From Alphaproteobacteria bacterium (GTDB taxonomy: Bacteria; Pseudomonadota; Alphaproteobacteria; CAISOG01): a stretch of DNA of 64,000 nt. The translations under genes were made by a program, and so were the position numbers. This document shows positions 54,059-63,475 of the stretch, piece by piece. The stretch's first letter is position 1. Each line of letters starts with the position of its first letter. The notes beneath the pieces were generated by a model. That model did no database searches, was not told the origin of the DNA, and saw nothing but the letters and a program-made list of their open reading frames with translations. The stretch spans positions 19,932 through 83,931 of the forward strand of contig JBIJBF010000005.1 of assembly GCA_044345375.1 (NCBI GenBank), in the 5' to 3' direction.

Positions 54059-54839
54059 TCACGATGGTTGCTTGCAAAAACAGATAAATCAGCAGGCCGA
54101 AGTAAAGCAGGGTGTCTAGCCCAATCACCCCCTGCGTGGTGCGGTCGTAATGCTCCATCAGGCTAAGGCTGGCCATCGCGTTCAACAGCCAGGCTGGCGC
54201 CCAGCTTTGCAAGAAGCCCAACACGATCGGGGATCCGCTGGCGATCAGCACAAAACAAAGCGCCACCCCCAAAATAAAGGCAATCACCTGGTTTTTGGTC
54301 AACGCCGACATCGCCGAGCCTAAGGCCAACATGGTGCCAGCCAACAGCCAGCTGGCCAGATAGCTAACCAGAATCACCCCGTTGTCGGGATAACCCAAGT
54401 AGTTGACCACCACCCACAACGGAAAGGTCAGCAACAGGGCCAGCCCGGCAAACAGCCAAGCCGCAAAAAACTTGCCCACCACCGCGGTGGTCAGGTCGAT
54501 CGGCATGGTCAGCAGCAACTCATGCGTGCCCAATTTGCGCTCCTCAGCCCACAGGCGCATGGTTAGGGCTGGCATCAGCAGCAGATAAAGCCAAGGATGA
54601 AACTGGAAAAATGGCTGCAAATCGGCCAAGCCGCGCTCAAAAAAACTGCCCAGGGTAAAGGTAAAGGTGCCGGCCAGCGACAGGAAGATAATCAAAAAGA
54701 CATAGGCCAGCGCGTTGGCGAAATAGGCGCCCAGCTCCCGCCGTATCAACACAAACAAGGGATCGCCCAGCAAGCTGGTGTTTTGATGCGTGACCGTTGT
54801 CGCGCCAGCGCTTGCGTTAACCATGACCAAACTCCCCAC
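54033..54839 (-). CDS. ABC-2 family transporter permease (GldF-like)
   Basis: Six-transmembrane ABC-2 permease, overlapping gene boundaries in the operon. Confidence 0.7.
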   Translation of the reverse strand: MGSLVMVNASAGATTVTHQNTSLLGDPLFVLIRRELGAYFANALAYVFLIIFLSLAGTFTFTLGSFFERGLADLQPFFQFHPWLYLLLMPALTMRLWAEERKLGTHELLLTMPIDLTTAVVGKFFAAWLFAGLALLLTFPLWVVVNYLGYPDNGVILVSYLASWLLAGTMLALGSAMSALTKNQVIAFILGVALCFVLIASGSPIVLGFLQSWAPAWLLNAMASLSLMEHYDRTTQGVIGLDTLLYFGLLIYLFLQATIVIVHLKKTA

Positions 54840-55764
54840 CCGTTACACGGCGAAACACGTTATCCATCACATCTTGTTCCAGCAACAGCCGGTCAAATGC
54901 CCAATTCTTGGCGCGCGCTGTTTTGTTTACCTCAGCCAGCAACTCCGCCGGATGTTGGTTGAGCAGGCGAATTCCTACCAGCTGGTCGTTTACCAACACC
55001 TCCTCAACCTCGGTGACCAAGGCGTGTGCGGCAAAGGCCTGGCGCAACCCTGTTAGAACCGAATCCTCGCCATAGGCCAACACCGCCTGATAGCGGGGTG
55101 AAAGCTTGCACAGCTCCACCGGCGTGCCCATGGCCACCATTTTGCCCTTGGCGATAATCATTGCCCGCGTGCACACCGCCCCCACCTCCTCCAACAAATG
55201 GGTGGAGATCAAAATGGCCTTGGTGGCCGACAGGCGCTTGATCAGTTGGCGCACATGGAATTTTTGGTTGGGATCCAACCCATCGGTCGGCTCATCCAAA
55301 ATCAACACCGCCGGGTCATGCAAAATCGCTTGGGCAAAGCCCACCCGCCGTTTAAAGCCCTTAGACAGCGCCTCAATCCGCTTGCCCAACACCTCCTCAA
55401 GCTGCAGGGTGGCAATCGACACCTCCAACCGCTCTTTAAGATAGCTGCCGCGCACCCCGCGGATATTGCCGCAGAATTTCAGGAAGTCCAGCACGGTCAT
55501 GTCCAGATACAGCGGTGCCCCCTCAGGCAGATAGCCCAACTGCGCCTTAACCGCGATTGGATCGGTGGCCAAGTCAATGCCATCCAGATTCACCGTGCCG
55601 CTGGTGGGGGTCATAAAGCCGGTCAGCATCCGCATCGTGGTGGTTTTGCCCGCACCATTTGGCCCCAGAAATCCCAACACCTCCTGCGGTTTGAGGGTCA
55701 GGGAGATTCCATCGACGGCGGCGGCGTTGCCAAATTTTTTCACCAAATTTTCTGCGGACAGCAT
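54817..55764 (-). CDS. ABC transporter ATP-binding protein (GldA-like)
   Basis: Walker A GPNGAGKTT, signature LSKGFKRRVGFAQA and Walker B LILDEPT. Confidence 0.85.
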   Translation of the reverse strand: MLSAENLVKKFGNAAAVDGISLTLKPQEVLGFLGPNGAGKTTTMRMLTGFMTPTSGTVNLDGIDLATDPIAVKAQLGYLPEGAPLYLDMTVLDFLKFCGNIRGVRGSYLKERLEVSIATLQLEEVLGKRIEALSKGFKRRVGFAQAILHDPAVLILDEPTDGLDPNQKFHVRQLIKRLSATKAILISTHLLEEVGAVCTRAMIIAKGKMVAMGTPVELCKLSPRYQAVLAYGEDSVLTGLRQAFAAHALVTEVEEVLVNDQLVGIRLLNQHPAELLAEVNKTARAKNWAFDRLLLEQDVMDNVFRRVTGGEFGHG

Positions 55765-55768
55765 CGCG

Positions 55769-56548
55769 TTACTCTGCTTTCATGTTTTTGGGGCTAGGGT
55801 CGGAAGCATCGGGTTTCGCGGCACCCTGATCTTTGGCAGGGTCAAGATGCTGCTTAGCTAATTCCGCCTCTATAACTTTTTTCATATCGCTGCTGCCAGG
55901 GCCTGTCAAGGATGACCATGTCTTGGCAACACGGCCATCCACCCCGATCAGGATTTTGTGAAAGTTCCATTTTGGCACCGCGTCGCTGCCAAAACTGGTC
56001 TTTGCCCATTGGTAAAAGGGGTGCGCCCCATCGCCCTTAACCACCTGTTTGGCGGCCAACGGGAAGCTGACCCCATAGTTGATGGCGCAGAATTTTTTGA
56101 TTTCGGCGGCATCACCAGGCTCCTGCCCGCCAAAATCGTTGGATGGCACGCCGATCACCATCAGGCCGCGCGGCCGGTAGTTTTGCCACAACTGCTCCAA
56201 CCCCTCATACTGCGGGGTAAAGCCGCATTTCGAGGCGGTGTTGACGATCAGAATGGGGTGGCCGCGGTAGCTGTCCAGCCGAATCTCATCGCCGGTTAGC
56301 CCATCAAAAGCAAAGGCATAAGCGTCCGTAAGGGGGGCGCCAGAATCAGGATGCGAAGTGGTCACGGGGGCGTCCTTTTCAGCAGGTTTTGCGGGATCAG
56401 AAAGTTTTTCAGGATAGGAAAAGCTTGCGTTAGCGGCATGCAGGGGGGCATTGGATCCGGCGCATAAAAACAAACCGATGGCGAATGTCAGGCAGGTAAA
56501 GTGTTGGCGATTGGGTGTCATTGGCCGTCTTTCACCAACAAGGGTCAT
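55769..56548 (-). CDS. Glutathione peroxidase, secreted/periplasmic
   Basis: NTASKCGFT active-site motif, WNFHKIL, and a signal peptide. An alternative start at 56521 is possible. Confidence 0.8.
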   Translation of the reverse strand: MTLVGERRPMTPNRQHFTCLTFAIGLFLCAGSNAPLHAANASFSYPEKLSDPAKPAEKDAPVTTSHPDSGAPLTDAYAFAFDGLTGDEIRLDSYRGHPILIVNTASKCGFTPQYEGLEQLWQNYRPRGLMVIGVPSNDFGGQEPGDAAEIKKFCAINYGVSFPLAAKQVVKGDGAHPFYQWAKTSFGSDAVPKWNFHKILIGVDGRVAKTWSSLTGPGSSDMKKVIEAELAKQHLDPAKDQGAAKPDASDPSPKNMKAE

Positions 56549-57351
56549 GCCGCGGCGCGCAAAACGGTCAGCGCCTGGGCGTGAAGATCGGCGTTGCCGG
56601 CGGCCAACACCGCGGTTTTGCCGCTGGTGGTGATCAGCTGGGATCCATCCCAGCCGGTAATCACCCCGCCAGCACCCTGAACAATCGGTACCAAGGCGGC
56701 GTAGTCATGCACCTGCATCCCTGGCCCCTCACTCACCAAATCGATGTGGCCATTGGCCAACAGCCCAAAGGCGTAGCAATTGCCGCCAAAGCTGGTAAAG
56801 CGGCAGGCATCATGCAGCGCAAAAAACTGCTTCCGGCGCGCATCGTCGTAATAAAAAATGCCGGTGGTGGAAAGAATGGCGTCTTTTAAAACCGATTGCG
56901 GGGTTGTTTTGACGGGTTGGCCGTTAAAAAGGGTGGGTTGGCCGGCAATCCCCAACCAACGTTCGTTGGTGATCGGTTGATCCATCAGTCCCAGCACAAA
57001 TTGCCCCTGATAGGCCAAGCCGATCAGGGTGCCAAACATCGGTTTGCCCACCATAAAGGCCTTGGTGCCATCGATCGGGTCCAGAATCCATTGCCAATCC
57101 GCCCCCGCATTCTCATAGCCATATTCCTCCCCAATCACGCCAAAGCCTGGGTCGGCGGCCAAAATCAGCTTGCGCATCGCCGCCTCAGACTCCCGATCCG
57201 CGATGGTTACGGGCGAGGCATCGTTTTTGGTTTCATGGGCGGGGTGTTGGCGAAAATACGGCCGAATCACCGCGCCCGCGGCGGCGGCCAGCTCGGTGGC
57301 TAAGGTGATGTAGGCGGGGGGGATGGATGCAGCGTTCATGGCCCAGATCAT
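56545..57351 (-). CDS. Inositol-monophosphatase-family phosphatase (possibly histidinol-phosphatase HisN)
   Basis: IMPase motifs (GEEYG, WILDPIDGTKAF, and a C-terminal GG.C.AFG-like region). Confidence 0.7.
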   Translation of the reverse strand: MIWAMNAASIPPAYITLATELAAAAGAVIRPYFRQHPAHETKNDASPVTIADRESEAAMRKLILAADPGFGVIGEEYGYENAGADWQWILDPIDGTKAFMVGKPMFGTLIGLAYQGQFVLGLMDQPITNERWLGIAGQPTLFNGQPVKTTPQSVLKDAILSTTGIFYYDDARRKQFFALHDACRFTSFGGNCYAFGLLANGHIDLVSEGPGMQVHDYAALVPIVQGAGGVITGWDGSQLITTSGKTAVLAAGNADLHAQALTVLRAAA

Positions 57352-57485
57352 GCCAGAGGATGTGGGCGGGAAGCAAGTATATTTTCGTTGCCCAGATCAA
57401 ATGCTTGCCAATTGACAGCTGCTGGCTTTGTGGGCATATCGGTAGCATGTTAAAATCATGTTAGAGATTGCCCCAGGGGTTGCTG

Positions 57486-57830
57486 ATGCCTAAAATTGTT
57501 TTTGTCGATCGTGATGGTTCTAAGCTTGAGGTGGATGCGCCGCTTGGTCTATCGGTTTTGGAGGTGGCGCACCGCAATCAAATTGATTTGGAGGGCGCGT
57601 GTGAGGGCAGCTTGGCCTGTTCGACTTGCCATGTAATTGTGGATCCTGAGGATTATGAGCGGTTGCCGGCAGCGGCTGAGGCTGAGGAGGATATGTTGGA
57701 TCTGGCCTTTGGCCTTACCCACACCAGCCGCTTGGGATGCCAGATTATCATGACGCCGGAATTGGATGGGCTGCGGGTTCGCCTGCCGGCCGCGACCCGC
57801 AATATTCAGGTGGATAAGGCGTCAAAATAG
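57486..57830 (+). CDS. [2Fe-2S] ferredoxin, adrenodoxin type
   Basis: [12 protein letters not shown]...C ligand pattern in a protein of about 110 aa. Confidence 0.85.
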   Translation: MPKIVFVDRDGSKLEVDAPLGLSVLEVAHRNQIDLEGACEGSLACSTCHVIVDPEDYERLPAAAEAEEDMLDLAFGLTHTSRLGCQIIMTPELDGLRVRLPAATRNIQVDKASK

Positions 57831-57894
57831 TATTTGACATCGCCGCCCAACCCGCCTAATTTGGCGTAACTTGTATAGCTTAAGGGATCATTTT

Positions 57895-58341
57895 ATGTAC
57901 GCAATTATTCGCACTGGCGGAAAACAATACCGTGTTGAGGCCAACCGCAACATTCGTGTGGAAAAAATTGGTGGGGAGGCGGGCAGCCGTATGGCGTTGA
58001 ATGAGGTGATGATGATCGGCGGCGATAACGCTGTGATCGGTACACCCACGGTTCAGGGCGCGGTGGTGAATGTTGAGGTGGTTGAGCAAACCCGCAACGA
58101 TACCGTGTTGATTTTCAAGAAGATTCGTCGCCACAACTACCGCCGCAAAAACGGCCATCGTCAGCCAATGACGGTGCTTAAGGTGCTGGAAATTTTGCGT
58201 CCCGGTCAGGTTTCGAGCCTCTCTTCTAAGGCAGAGGTGGCTGTTGAGGCGGTTGAGGCGAAAAAGCCAGCCGTTAAAAAGGCGGCGGCTAAAGTTCAAA
58301 AAGATGAATCGGTTTCGGTTCAGTCAGATCAAGCGGAGTAG
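57895..58341 (+). CDS. rplU: 50S ribosomal protein L21 with a C-terminal extension
   Basis: MYAIIRTGGKQYRVEAN... is canonical L21. AAGGGA Shine-Dalgarno upstream. Confidence 0.9.
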   Translation: MYAIIRTGGKQYRVEANRNIRVEKIGGEAGSRMALNEVMMIGGDNAVIGTPTVQGAVVNVEVVEQTRNDTVLIFKKIRRHNYRRKNGHRQPMTVLKVLEILRPGQVSSLSSKAEVAVEAVEAKKPAVKKAAAKVQKDESVSVQSDQAE

Positions 58342-58350
58342 ATTTAAATC

Positions 58351-58629
58351 ATGGCACATAAAAAAGCAGGTGGTAGTTCACGCAACGGTCGCGATTCAGC
58401 AGGGCGCAGACTTGGGGTGAAAAAATTTGGCGGCGAGCGCGTGTTGGCCGGCAATATTATCGTGCGTCAGCGCGGCACCAAATTTCATATCGGTGCCAAT
58501 GTTGGTCTTGGCCGTGACCACACGATTTTTGCGCTAACCCCCGGGGTGGTGGCGTTTCGTCGTGGCCGTTTGGATCGCGTGTTCGTTAGCGTGGTTCAGC
58601 CTGTTGAGACGGTAAGCGCTGCTGCTTAA
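58351..58629 (+). CDS. rpmA: 50S ribosomal protein L27
   Basis: [29 protein letters not shown] is canonical L27. Confidence 0.95.
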   Translation: MAHKKAGGSSRNGRDSAGRRLGVKKFGGERVLAGNIIVRQRGTKFHIGANVGLGRDHTIFALTPGVVAFRRGRLDRVFVSVVQPVETVSAAA

Positions 58630-58672
58630 GCTTAAGCGTTTCAAAAACTTTCCAAAACAGGCGCTGCTGGCA

Positions 58673-58873
58673 GTGGTTGCGCTGTACAGCTGGACACTTG
58701 GCGCTGTTCTTCCCCCCGCATGCCGTTTTAACCCCAGCTGTTCGGTGTACGCGCAGCAGGCCTTGCGTCAGTTGCCGTTGCATCACGCCCTGTGGCGGAT
58801 CCTGGGTCGGCTGTTGCGCTGCCATCCTTTTCATGCGGGTGGGGATGATCCGGTGGTGGGGGTGAGGAAGTGA
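58673..58873 (+). CDS. yidD: Membrane protein insertion efficiency factor YidD
   Basis: PPACRFNPSCSVYAQQAL...LLRCHPFHAGGDDPV matches the YidD signature. GTG start. Confidence 0.75.
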   Translation: MVALYSWTLGAVLPPACRFNPSCSVYAQQALRQLPLHHALWRILGRLLRCHPFHAGGDDPVVGVRK

Positions 58874-58884
58874 ATGACCATCCC

Positions 58885-59005
58885 TCTTAATTCCCCTCCC
58901 TTGGAGGGGTGGCCGGCGCAGCCAGCCCCCCATTAAAAATTTTCAGGGGCACCCGGGCCCCTTTAAAAATTTGTCAGGCGCAGCCTGACGGGGTGGTTGC
59001 CTATC
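58885..59005. repeat. Family-A repeat, copy 6 (degenerate)
   Basis: AATTCCCCTCCCTTGGAGGGGTGGCCGG...CAGGCGCAGCCTGACGGGGTGGTTGCC retains the hairpin modules but is diverged. Lies directly after the yidD stop. Confidence 0.55.
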
Positions 59006-59230
59006 GCGGCATTTGACCATTCCAGAATCTTGCCATAAGTGCAGAAGCGTACAACCACCCCCCGCCCATCAAACCACTAAGTGACAGAGTGGTGCACTTG
59101 GTAGTTTAAGTGGCGGTTTTAGTTTTTTGATTGTTTGATCACCTGCATCCTAATCATCCATCCCTGATGTACGCCGCCGATGCCTTGCGTTCGTTTGATC
59201 AGTTTCAGGCGGAGGTGGCGGCGTAAACCC

Positions 59231-60400
59231 CTAATCCTGCAACGCCTGGGCCAAATCAGCGACCAGATCGCGCTCGTCCTCAATGCCTACCGAAAGGCGG
59301 ATCAGGCCGTCGGCGATGCCGATTTGGTGACGCACTTCAGCGGGGATGGTGGCGTGGGTCATGGTGGTGGGATGCTCGATCAGGCTTTCCACCCCGCCCA
59401 AACTTTCGGCCAGGGTGAAGACCTGCACCTTTTTCAGCGCCCGCACCGCGGCGTTTTGCCCGCCCTTTAGGATTGCGGAGACCATGCCGCCGCCGCCGCG
59501 CATTTGTTGGCGTGCCAGGGCATATTGCGGGTGGCTGGGCAGATGTGGGTAATAGACCCGCTCAACCGCTGGGTGCGCCTCCAACCACTGGGCCACCGCC
59601 ATGGCGTTGCGGCTGTGCCGTTCAACCCGCAGGCCAAGGGTTTTGAGGCCGCGATGGGCCAGAAAACTGTCAAACGGGCCGGCAATCGCTCCGATCGCGT
59701 TTTGCAGGAAGCCAAGCTTTTCCGCCAGCTCAGCGTCTTGCCCTACCACCACCAGCCCGCCGATCACGTCCGAATGGCCGTTGATGTATTTGGTGGCCGA
59801 ATGCAGCACGATGTCGAAACCCAATTCCAACGGCCGCTGCAAATAGGGGGTGGCAAAGGTGTTGTCGGCCACGGTGATCAGGCCGTGCTGTTGGGCGATG
59901 GCGGCCAAGGCGGCCAGATCCACCAATTTCAGCAGTGGGTTGGTGGGGGTTTCCACCCACAGCATTTTGGTGTTGGGCTGAATCGCGGCGGCCAGCGCGT
60001 TTGGATCGGTTAAATCGACATAGGACACCGTTAGGTTGGCAGAATGTTTGCGCACCCGCTCAAACAGGCGATAGGTGCCGCCGTACAAATCATCGGTGGC
60101 GATGATGTGCGAGCCGGCCGCCAGCAGTTCCAACACCGTGGCGGCGCCTGCCAAGCCTGAGGCAAAGGCAAAACCAGCGCTGCCGCCCTCAAGATTTGCC
60201 GCCGCCCGCTCATAGGCAAAGCGGGTGGGGTTGTGGCTGCGGCCATAGTCAAACCCCTTATGCTCGCCTGGGCCAATCTGTTGATAGGTTGAGGTGGCGT
60301 AGATCGGGGTGATCACCGCGCCGGTGGTGGCATCATGTTCCTGATCGGCATGAATCGCCCGGGTGTCGAATTGCCAAGCGGGGTTGTTTTTTCTGGTCAT
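59231..60400 (-). CDS. Cys/Met-metabolism PLP enzyme (cystathionine gamma-lyase/gamma-synthase family)
   Basis: PLP-lysine motif HSATKYINGHSDVIGG and the family-wide N-terminus FDTRAIHAD. Paired with cystathionine beta-synthase, which suggests gamma-lyase (reverse transsulfuration). Confidence 0.8.
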   Translation of the reverse strand: MTRKNNPAWQFDTRAIHADQEHDATTGAVITPIYATSTYQQIGPGEHKGFDYGRSHNPTRFAYERAAANLEGGSAGFAFASGLAGAATVLELLAAGSHIIATDDLYGGTYRLFERVRKHSANLTVSYVDLTDPNALAAAIQPNTKMLWVETPTNPLLKLVDLAALAAIAQQHGLITVADNTFATPYLQRPLELGFDIVLHSATKYINGHSDVIGGLVVVGQDAELAEKLGFLQNAIGAIAGPFDSFLAHRGLKTLGLRVERHSRNAMAVAQWLEAHPAVERVYYPHLPSHPQYALARQQMRGGGGMVSAILKGGQNAAVRALKKVQVFTLAESLGGVESLIEHPTTMTHATIPAEVRHQIGIADGLIRLSVGIEDERDLVADLAQALQD

Positions 60401-60401
60401 T

Positions 60402-61772
60402 TCAGGCGTGTCCTATCTGTTTACGGGAATATTGCAGCAAGTCGATCGGGGTGATCAGCCCCAAAAAGTCGTCGCCATCCATGACGATGGCCACCAAGCC
60501 CTGCGCAAACATGGGCAGCAGATCGGTTTGCGGGGTGTTAACCGGCACCGTGATCAGATCGGTGGTCATCACGGCTGCCACGGTAGTGGCAAACTGATCC
60601 GGCCGATCCATCACCGCCAGCAGGATGTCCATCTCATCAACGATGCCCAGCAGCCGGCCGTTGTCCATCACCGGCAATTGCGACACATCGTGCATCTTCA
60701 TTTTGCGGTAGACGGCCTGCAGGGTTTCTGACGGCAAGGCGGTGACCACGTTTTTGCTGTTGTGCGGGCGGGCGATCACATCCCGCAAATCATGGGTGGC
60801 GGCGCGGTTGACCAAGCCCTGATCATCCAGCCAATAATGGTTGTAGATTTTTGACAGGTATTTGTTGCCGCTGTCGCAGACCAGCGTCACCACCCGTTTC
60901 GGGGTGGTTTGCGCCCGGCAATAACGCAGCGCGGCGGCGATCAGGGTGCCTGAGGAGGATCCGCAAATAATCCCCTCATGCTGCAACACCGCCCGGGCGG
61001 TGGCGATGCTTTCGCTGTCGGTGATGGTATAGGCCTTGGCCACCAAATCGAGTTGGCAGTTGGTGGGCACAAAATCCTCGCCAATCCCCTCAACCAGCCA
61101 ATTGCCGGCCTCAATCATCACCCCCTCGTTCACCAGTGGCGCCAGAATCGAGCCCTTGGGATCGGCCAGAATCATTTCGGTGTGGGGCGATACCTTAGCA
61201 AAATAGCGCCCCAGACCGGTCAGGGTGCCGCCTGAGCCAACCCCCACCACCATCGCGTCGATCCGCTGATCCATCTGCTGCCAAATTTCGGGGCCGGTGG
61301 TGCGCTGATGCGCCAGCGGGTTGTTGGGATTTTCAAACTGGTTGACGTAAAATGCCCCACGCTCAGTGGCAATCCGCCTGGCCATATCCTGATAATAGTC
61401 CGGATGGCCAACGCCCACATCCGATCGGGTCATGATCACCTCAACCCCTGAGGCCTGCAGGTGGTGAATCTTCTCCTGGCTCATTTTGTCGGGGATCACC
61501 AGAATCAGGTGATAGCCTTTTTGGCTGGCGACCAACGCCAGGCCAAGACCGGTGTTGCCGGCGGTGGCCTCAACCAATGTATCGCCCGGCCGAATCTGCC
61601 CCTGCTGCTCCGCCGCTGCAATCACCGACAGGGCGATGCGGTCCTTGATCGATCCGGATGGGTTGTGGCTTTCCAGTTTCAAGAACAGGCTGCACAGCCC
61701 CGTATCCAGCTTGTTCACCCGCACCATCGGGGTGTTGCCAATCAGGTCAAGAATGTTTTGCGGTGTGGTCAT
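60402..61772 (-). CDS. Cystathionine beta-synthase (PLP fold type II plus a C-terminal CBS-domain pair)
   Basis: PSGSIKDR lysine motif, GNTG, GSGGT, then two CBS motifs (MHDVSQLPVMDNGRLLGIV...). Start placed at MTTPQNIL (61772). Confidence 0.8.
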   Translation of the reverse strand: MTTPQNILDLIGNTPMVRVNKLDTGLCSLFLKLESHNPSGSIKDRIALSVIAAAEQQGQIRPGDTLVEATAGNTGLGLALVASQKGYHLILVIPDKMSQEKIHHLQASGVEVIMTRSDVGVGHPDYYQDMARRIATERGAFYVNQFENPNNPLAHQRTTGPEIWQQMDQRIDAMVVGVGSGGTLTGLGRYFAKVSPHTEMILADPKGSILAPLVNEGVMIEAGNWLVEGIGEDFVPTNCQLDLVAKAYTITDSESIATARAVLQHEGIICGSSSGTLIAAALRYCRAQTTPKRVVTLVCDSGNKYLSKIYNHYWLDDQGLVNRAATHDLRDVIARPHNSKNVVTALPSETLQAVYRKMKMHDVSQLPVMDNGRLLGIVDEMDILLAVMDRPDQFATTVAAVMTTDLITVPVNTPQTDLLPMFAQGLVAIVMDGDDFLGLITPIDLLQYSRKQIGHA

Positions 61773-62026
61773 GATGTTGTTGTGTGGTGTTGGTGATGGG
61801 GCACTCCCTAACAATACGGGAGCAGGATTAAGACAAGGTTGCCTAACGCAACCTTAGCATGCGGCGCTGCAACAGCAGGGCGCGCCACAACAACACGATC
61901 CACAACAGATCGGCGAAAACTTAATACCGATGGAAGATTCACTCACCATACCAATAAGTGTAGGGAAGTACGCGCCGGCTGTAAAGCGGGTTGGTTGATG
62001 GGTTCGGGGCAGGGTAGGGCAGCCGC

Positions 62027-62404
62027 TTACGCCTCAGGCTGCCAGGGCTCATAGTCGCCGATGGCTTTGGGGCGTTGGCCACCGCGCAGCACGTGTCCGC
62101 GGGGGCGCCAGGCCCATTTGGTGCCGGTGAGGTTGGGGTGGTGCGGTTTTTGCCAGCTGGCGGGCTGGCGCCCCCCCGGTTTTTGCGGGCTGGCGGGCGG
62201 CTGCTCAGCGTTGTGATGCAGCCAGGCGTGCCATTCGGGCGGAACCTTGCTGGCCTCTGGTTGCCCGGCAAACAGCATCCAACGCCTAGGTTGCCGGCCA
62301 GACTTTGCGGGGCGTTTTTCGGTAAAATACCGGTTGCCATAGCCATCACTGCCAACCAATGCGCCGCACAGCAGGGTAAAAATTTTGGTGCCTAAATGCA
62401 TCAC
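62027..62404 (-). CDS. NDUFA12-family protein (NADH:ubiquinone oxidoreductase 17.2 kDa subunit-like)
   Basis: FTLLCGALVGSDGYGNRYF...RRWMLFAG..EASKVPPEWHAWLHH matches the NDUFA12 signature. Confidence 0.7.
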   Translation of the reverse strand: MMHLGTKIFTLLCGALVGSDGYGNRYFTEKRPAKSGRQPRRWMLFAGQPEASKVPPEWHAWLHHNAEQPPASPQKPGGRQPASWQKPHHPNLTGTKWAWRPRGHVLRGGQRPKAIGDYEPWQPEA

Positions 62405-62529
62405 GCCCCCATTTTTTCTAAAGTTATGCTGCTGTGCAGCAGCAACCCAATTGCAAAGCTTGCCCGGAATCTTTTACAATCAGCCGTCTTGCTCCCTAAG
62501 CCTTAATCCATCTATCAGGAACTTGCAAC

Positions 62530-63006
62530 ATGTCATCCCATTCCATCGATTTGTCTCAACTGGTTGCGGCTAGGGGGTTGGATTTGCCAAACCCGCCTGG
62601 CAGCGTGGCCACCTATGTGCCCTATACCCGCAGCGGTTCCCTGATTTTGTTGTCGGGTCAGATTCCCTTTTGTGACGGCAAGGTGCTGTACACCGGCCAT
62701 TTGGGGTCGGATGTATCGTTGCAGGATGGGGCCAAGGCGGCGCAGCTTTGCCTGCTGAACCTGTTGGCGCATTTGCAGGTGGCGCTGCGCGAAACGCCCA
62801 GCCCGATTTTGCGCTGCGTTCGTCTGGGCGGCTTTATCCAGGCCACCCCCCAGTTTACCGAACATGCCAAGGTAATGAACGGCGCGTCAGACTTGCTGGT
62901 GGATTTGCTGGGCGAGCATGGCCGCCATGCCAGAAGCACCGTGGGCGTTTCCAGCCTGCCCCTGAACGCCAGCGTCGAGATTGATGGGGTGTTCTCGATC
63001 GCGTAG
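62530..63006 (+). CDS. RidA/YjgF-family protein
   Basis: About 155 aa with a chorismate-mutase-like fold pattern and a C-terminal ...SVEIDGVFSIA. Confidence 0.65.
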   Translation: MSSHSIDLSQLVAARGLDLPNPPGSVATYVPYTRSGSLILLSGQIPFCDGKVLYTGHLGSDVSLQDGAKAAQLCLLNLLAHLQVALRETPSPILRCVRLGGFIQATPQFTEHAKVMNGASDLLVDLLGEHGRHARSTVGVSSLPLNASVEIDGVFSIA

Positions 63007-63124
63007 AGGATCTTTTGAGAGCATCTTAATCCACTTAAAATGCTTTATAAAGCATTTTTGTTTGATTTTTTAAGCCGTCTCTGTTAAGGTTGGATTCGGA
63101 TCCATCGTAACAGGCCATCGTCTC

Positions 63125-63475
63125 ATGCCTAAGAAAACACCGCTTTTTGAGGCGCCGCCCTATGCGGTCGAACAACGGCTTGTAAGGCTTGGCGCGGATT
63201 TGCGCATGGCACGGGTGCGCCGCAAGCTGACGATTGCTGAGGTGGCGGAGAAGATTGGCACTGGGGTGCGCGCGGTTGCGGACGCGGAAAAGGGGAAGGT
63301 GTCGACCGGTATCGCGGTCTATGTCGCGCTGCTTTGGGCCTATGGTTTGTTGGATCATCTGGCCGATGTTGCCGACCCCGCGCGCGATGTTGAGGGGCAA
63401 CGTTTGGCGTTATCACGTGAAAAGAAACGCGCCAGATTAGGTAAGGCAGGGGGAGGAATCGACAATGACTTCTAA
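63125..63475 (+). CDS. hipB: HTH XRE-family transcriptional regulator, HipB-like antitoxin
   Basis: HTH segment (LRMARVRRKLTIAEVAEKIGTGVRAV). Its stop overlaps the hipA start. Confidence 0.6.
   Translation: MPKKTPLFEAPPYAVEQRLVRLGADLRMARVRRKLTIAEVAEKIGTGVRAVADAEKGKVSTGIAVYVALLWAYGLLDHLADVADPARDVEGQRLALSREKKRARLGKAGGGIDNDF

Noticed and set aside
6657-59005. Possibility that the family-A copies form a CRISPR array
   Set aside because: Copies are dispersed 8-25 kb apart and are not tandem. They are internally palindromic and have variable cores rather than unique spacers. No cas genes are present.
59040-59110. Imperfect palindromic segment (CCACTAAGTGACAGAGTGGTGCACTTGGTAG) after the degenerate repeat
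   Set aside because: Only short, imperfect complementarity, and it is not repeated elsewhere in the window. Insufficient to call an sRNA or element.
61939-62355. 138-aa alternative-frame ORF overlapping the NDUFA12-like gene
   Set aside because: Pro/Gly/Ala-rich shadow frame. The overlapping frame has a clear NDUFA12 signature.
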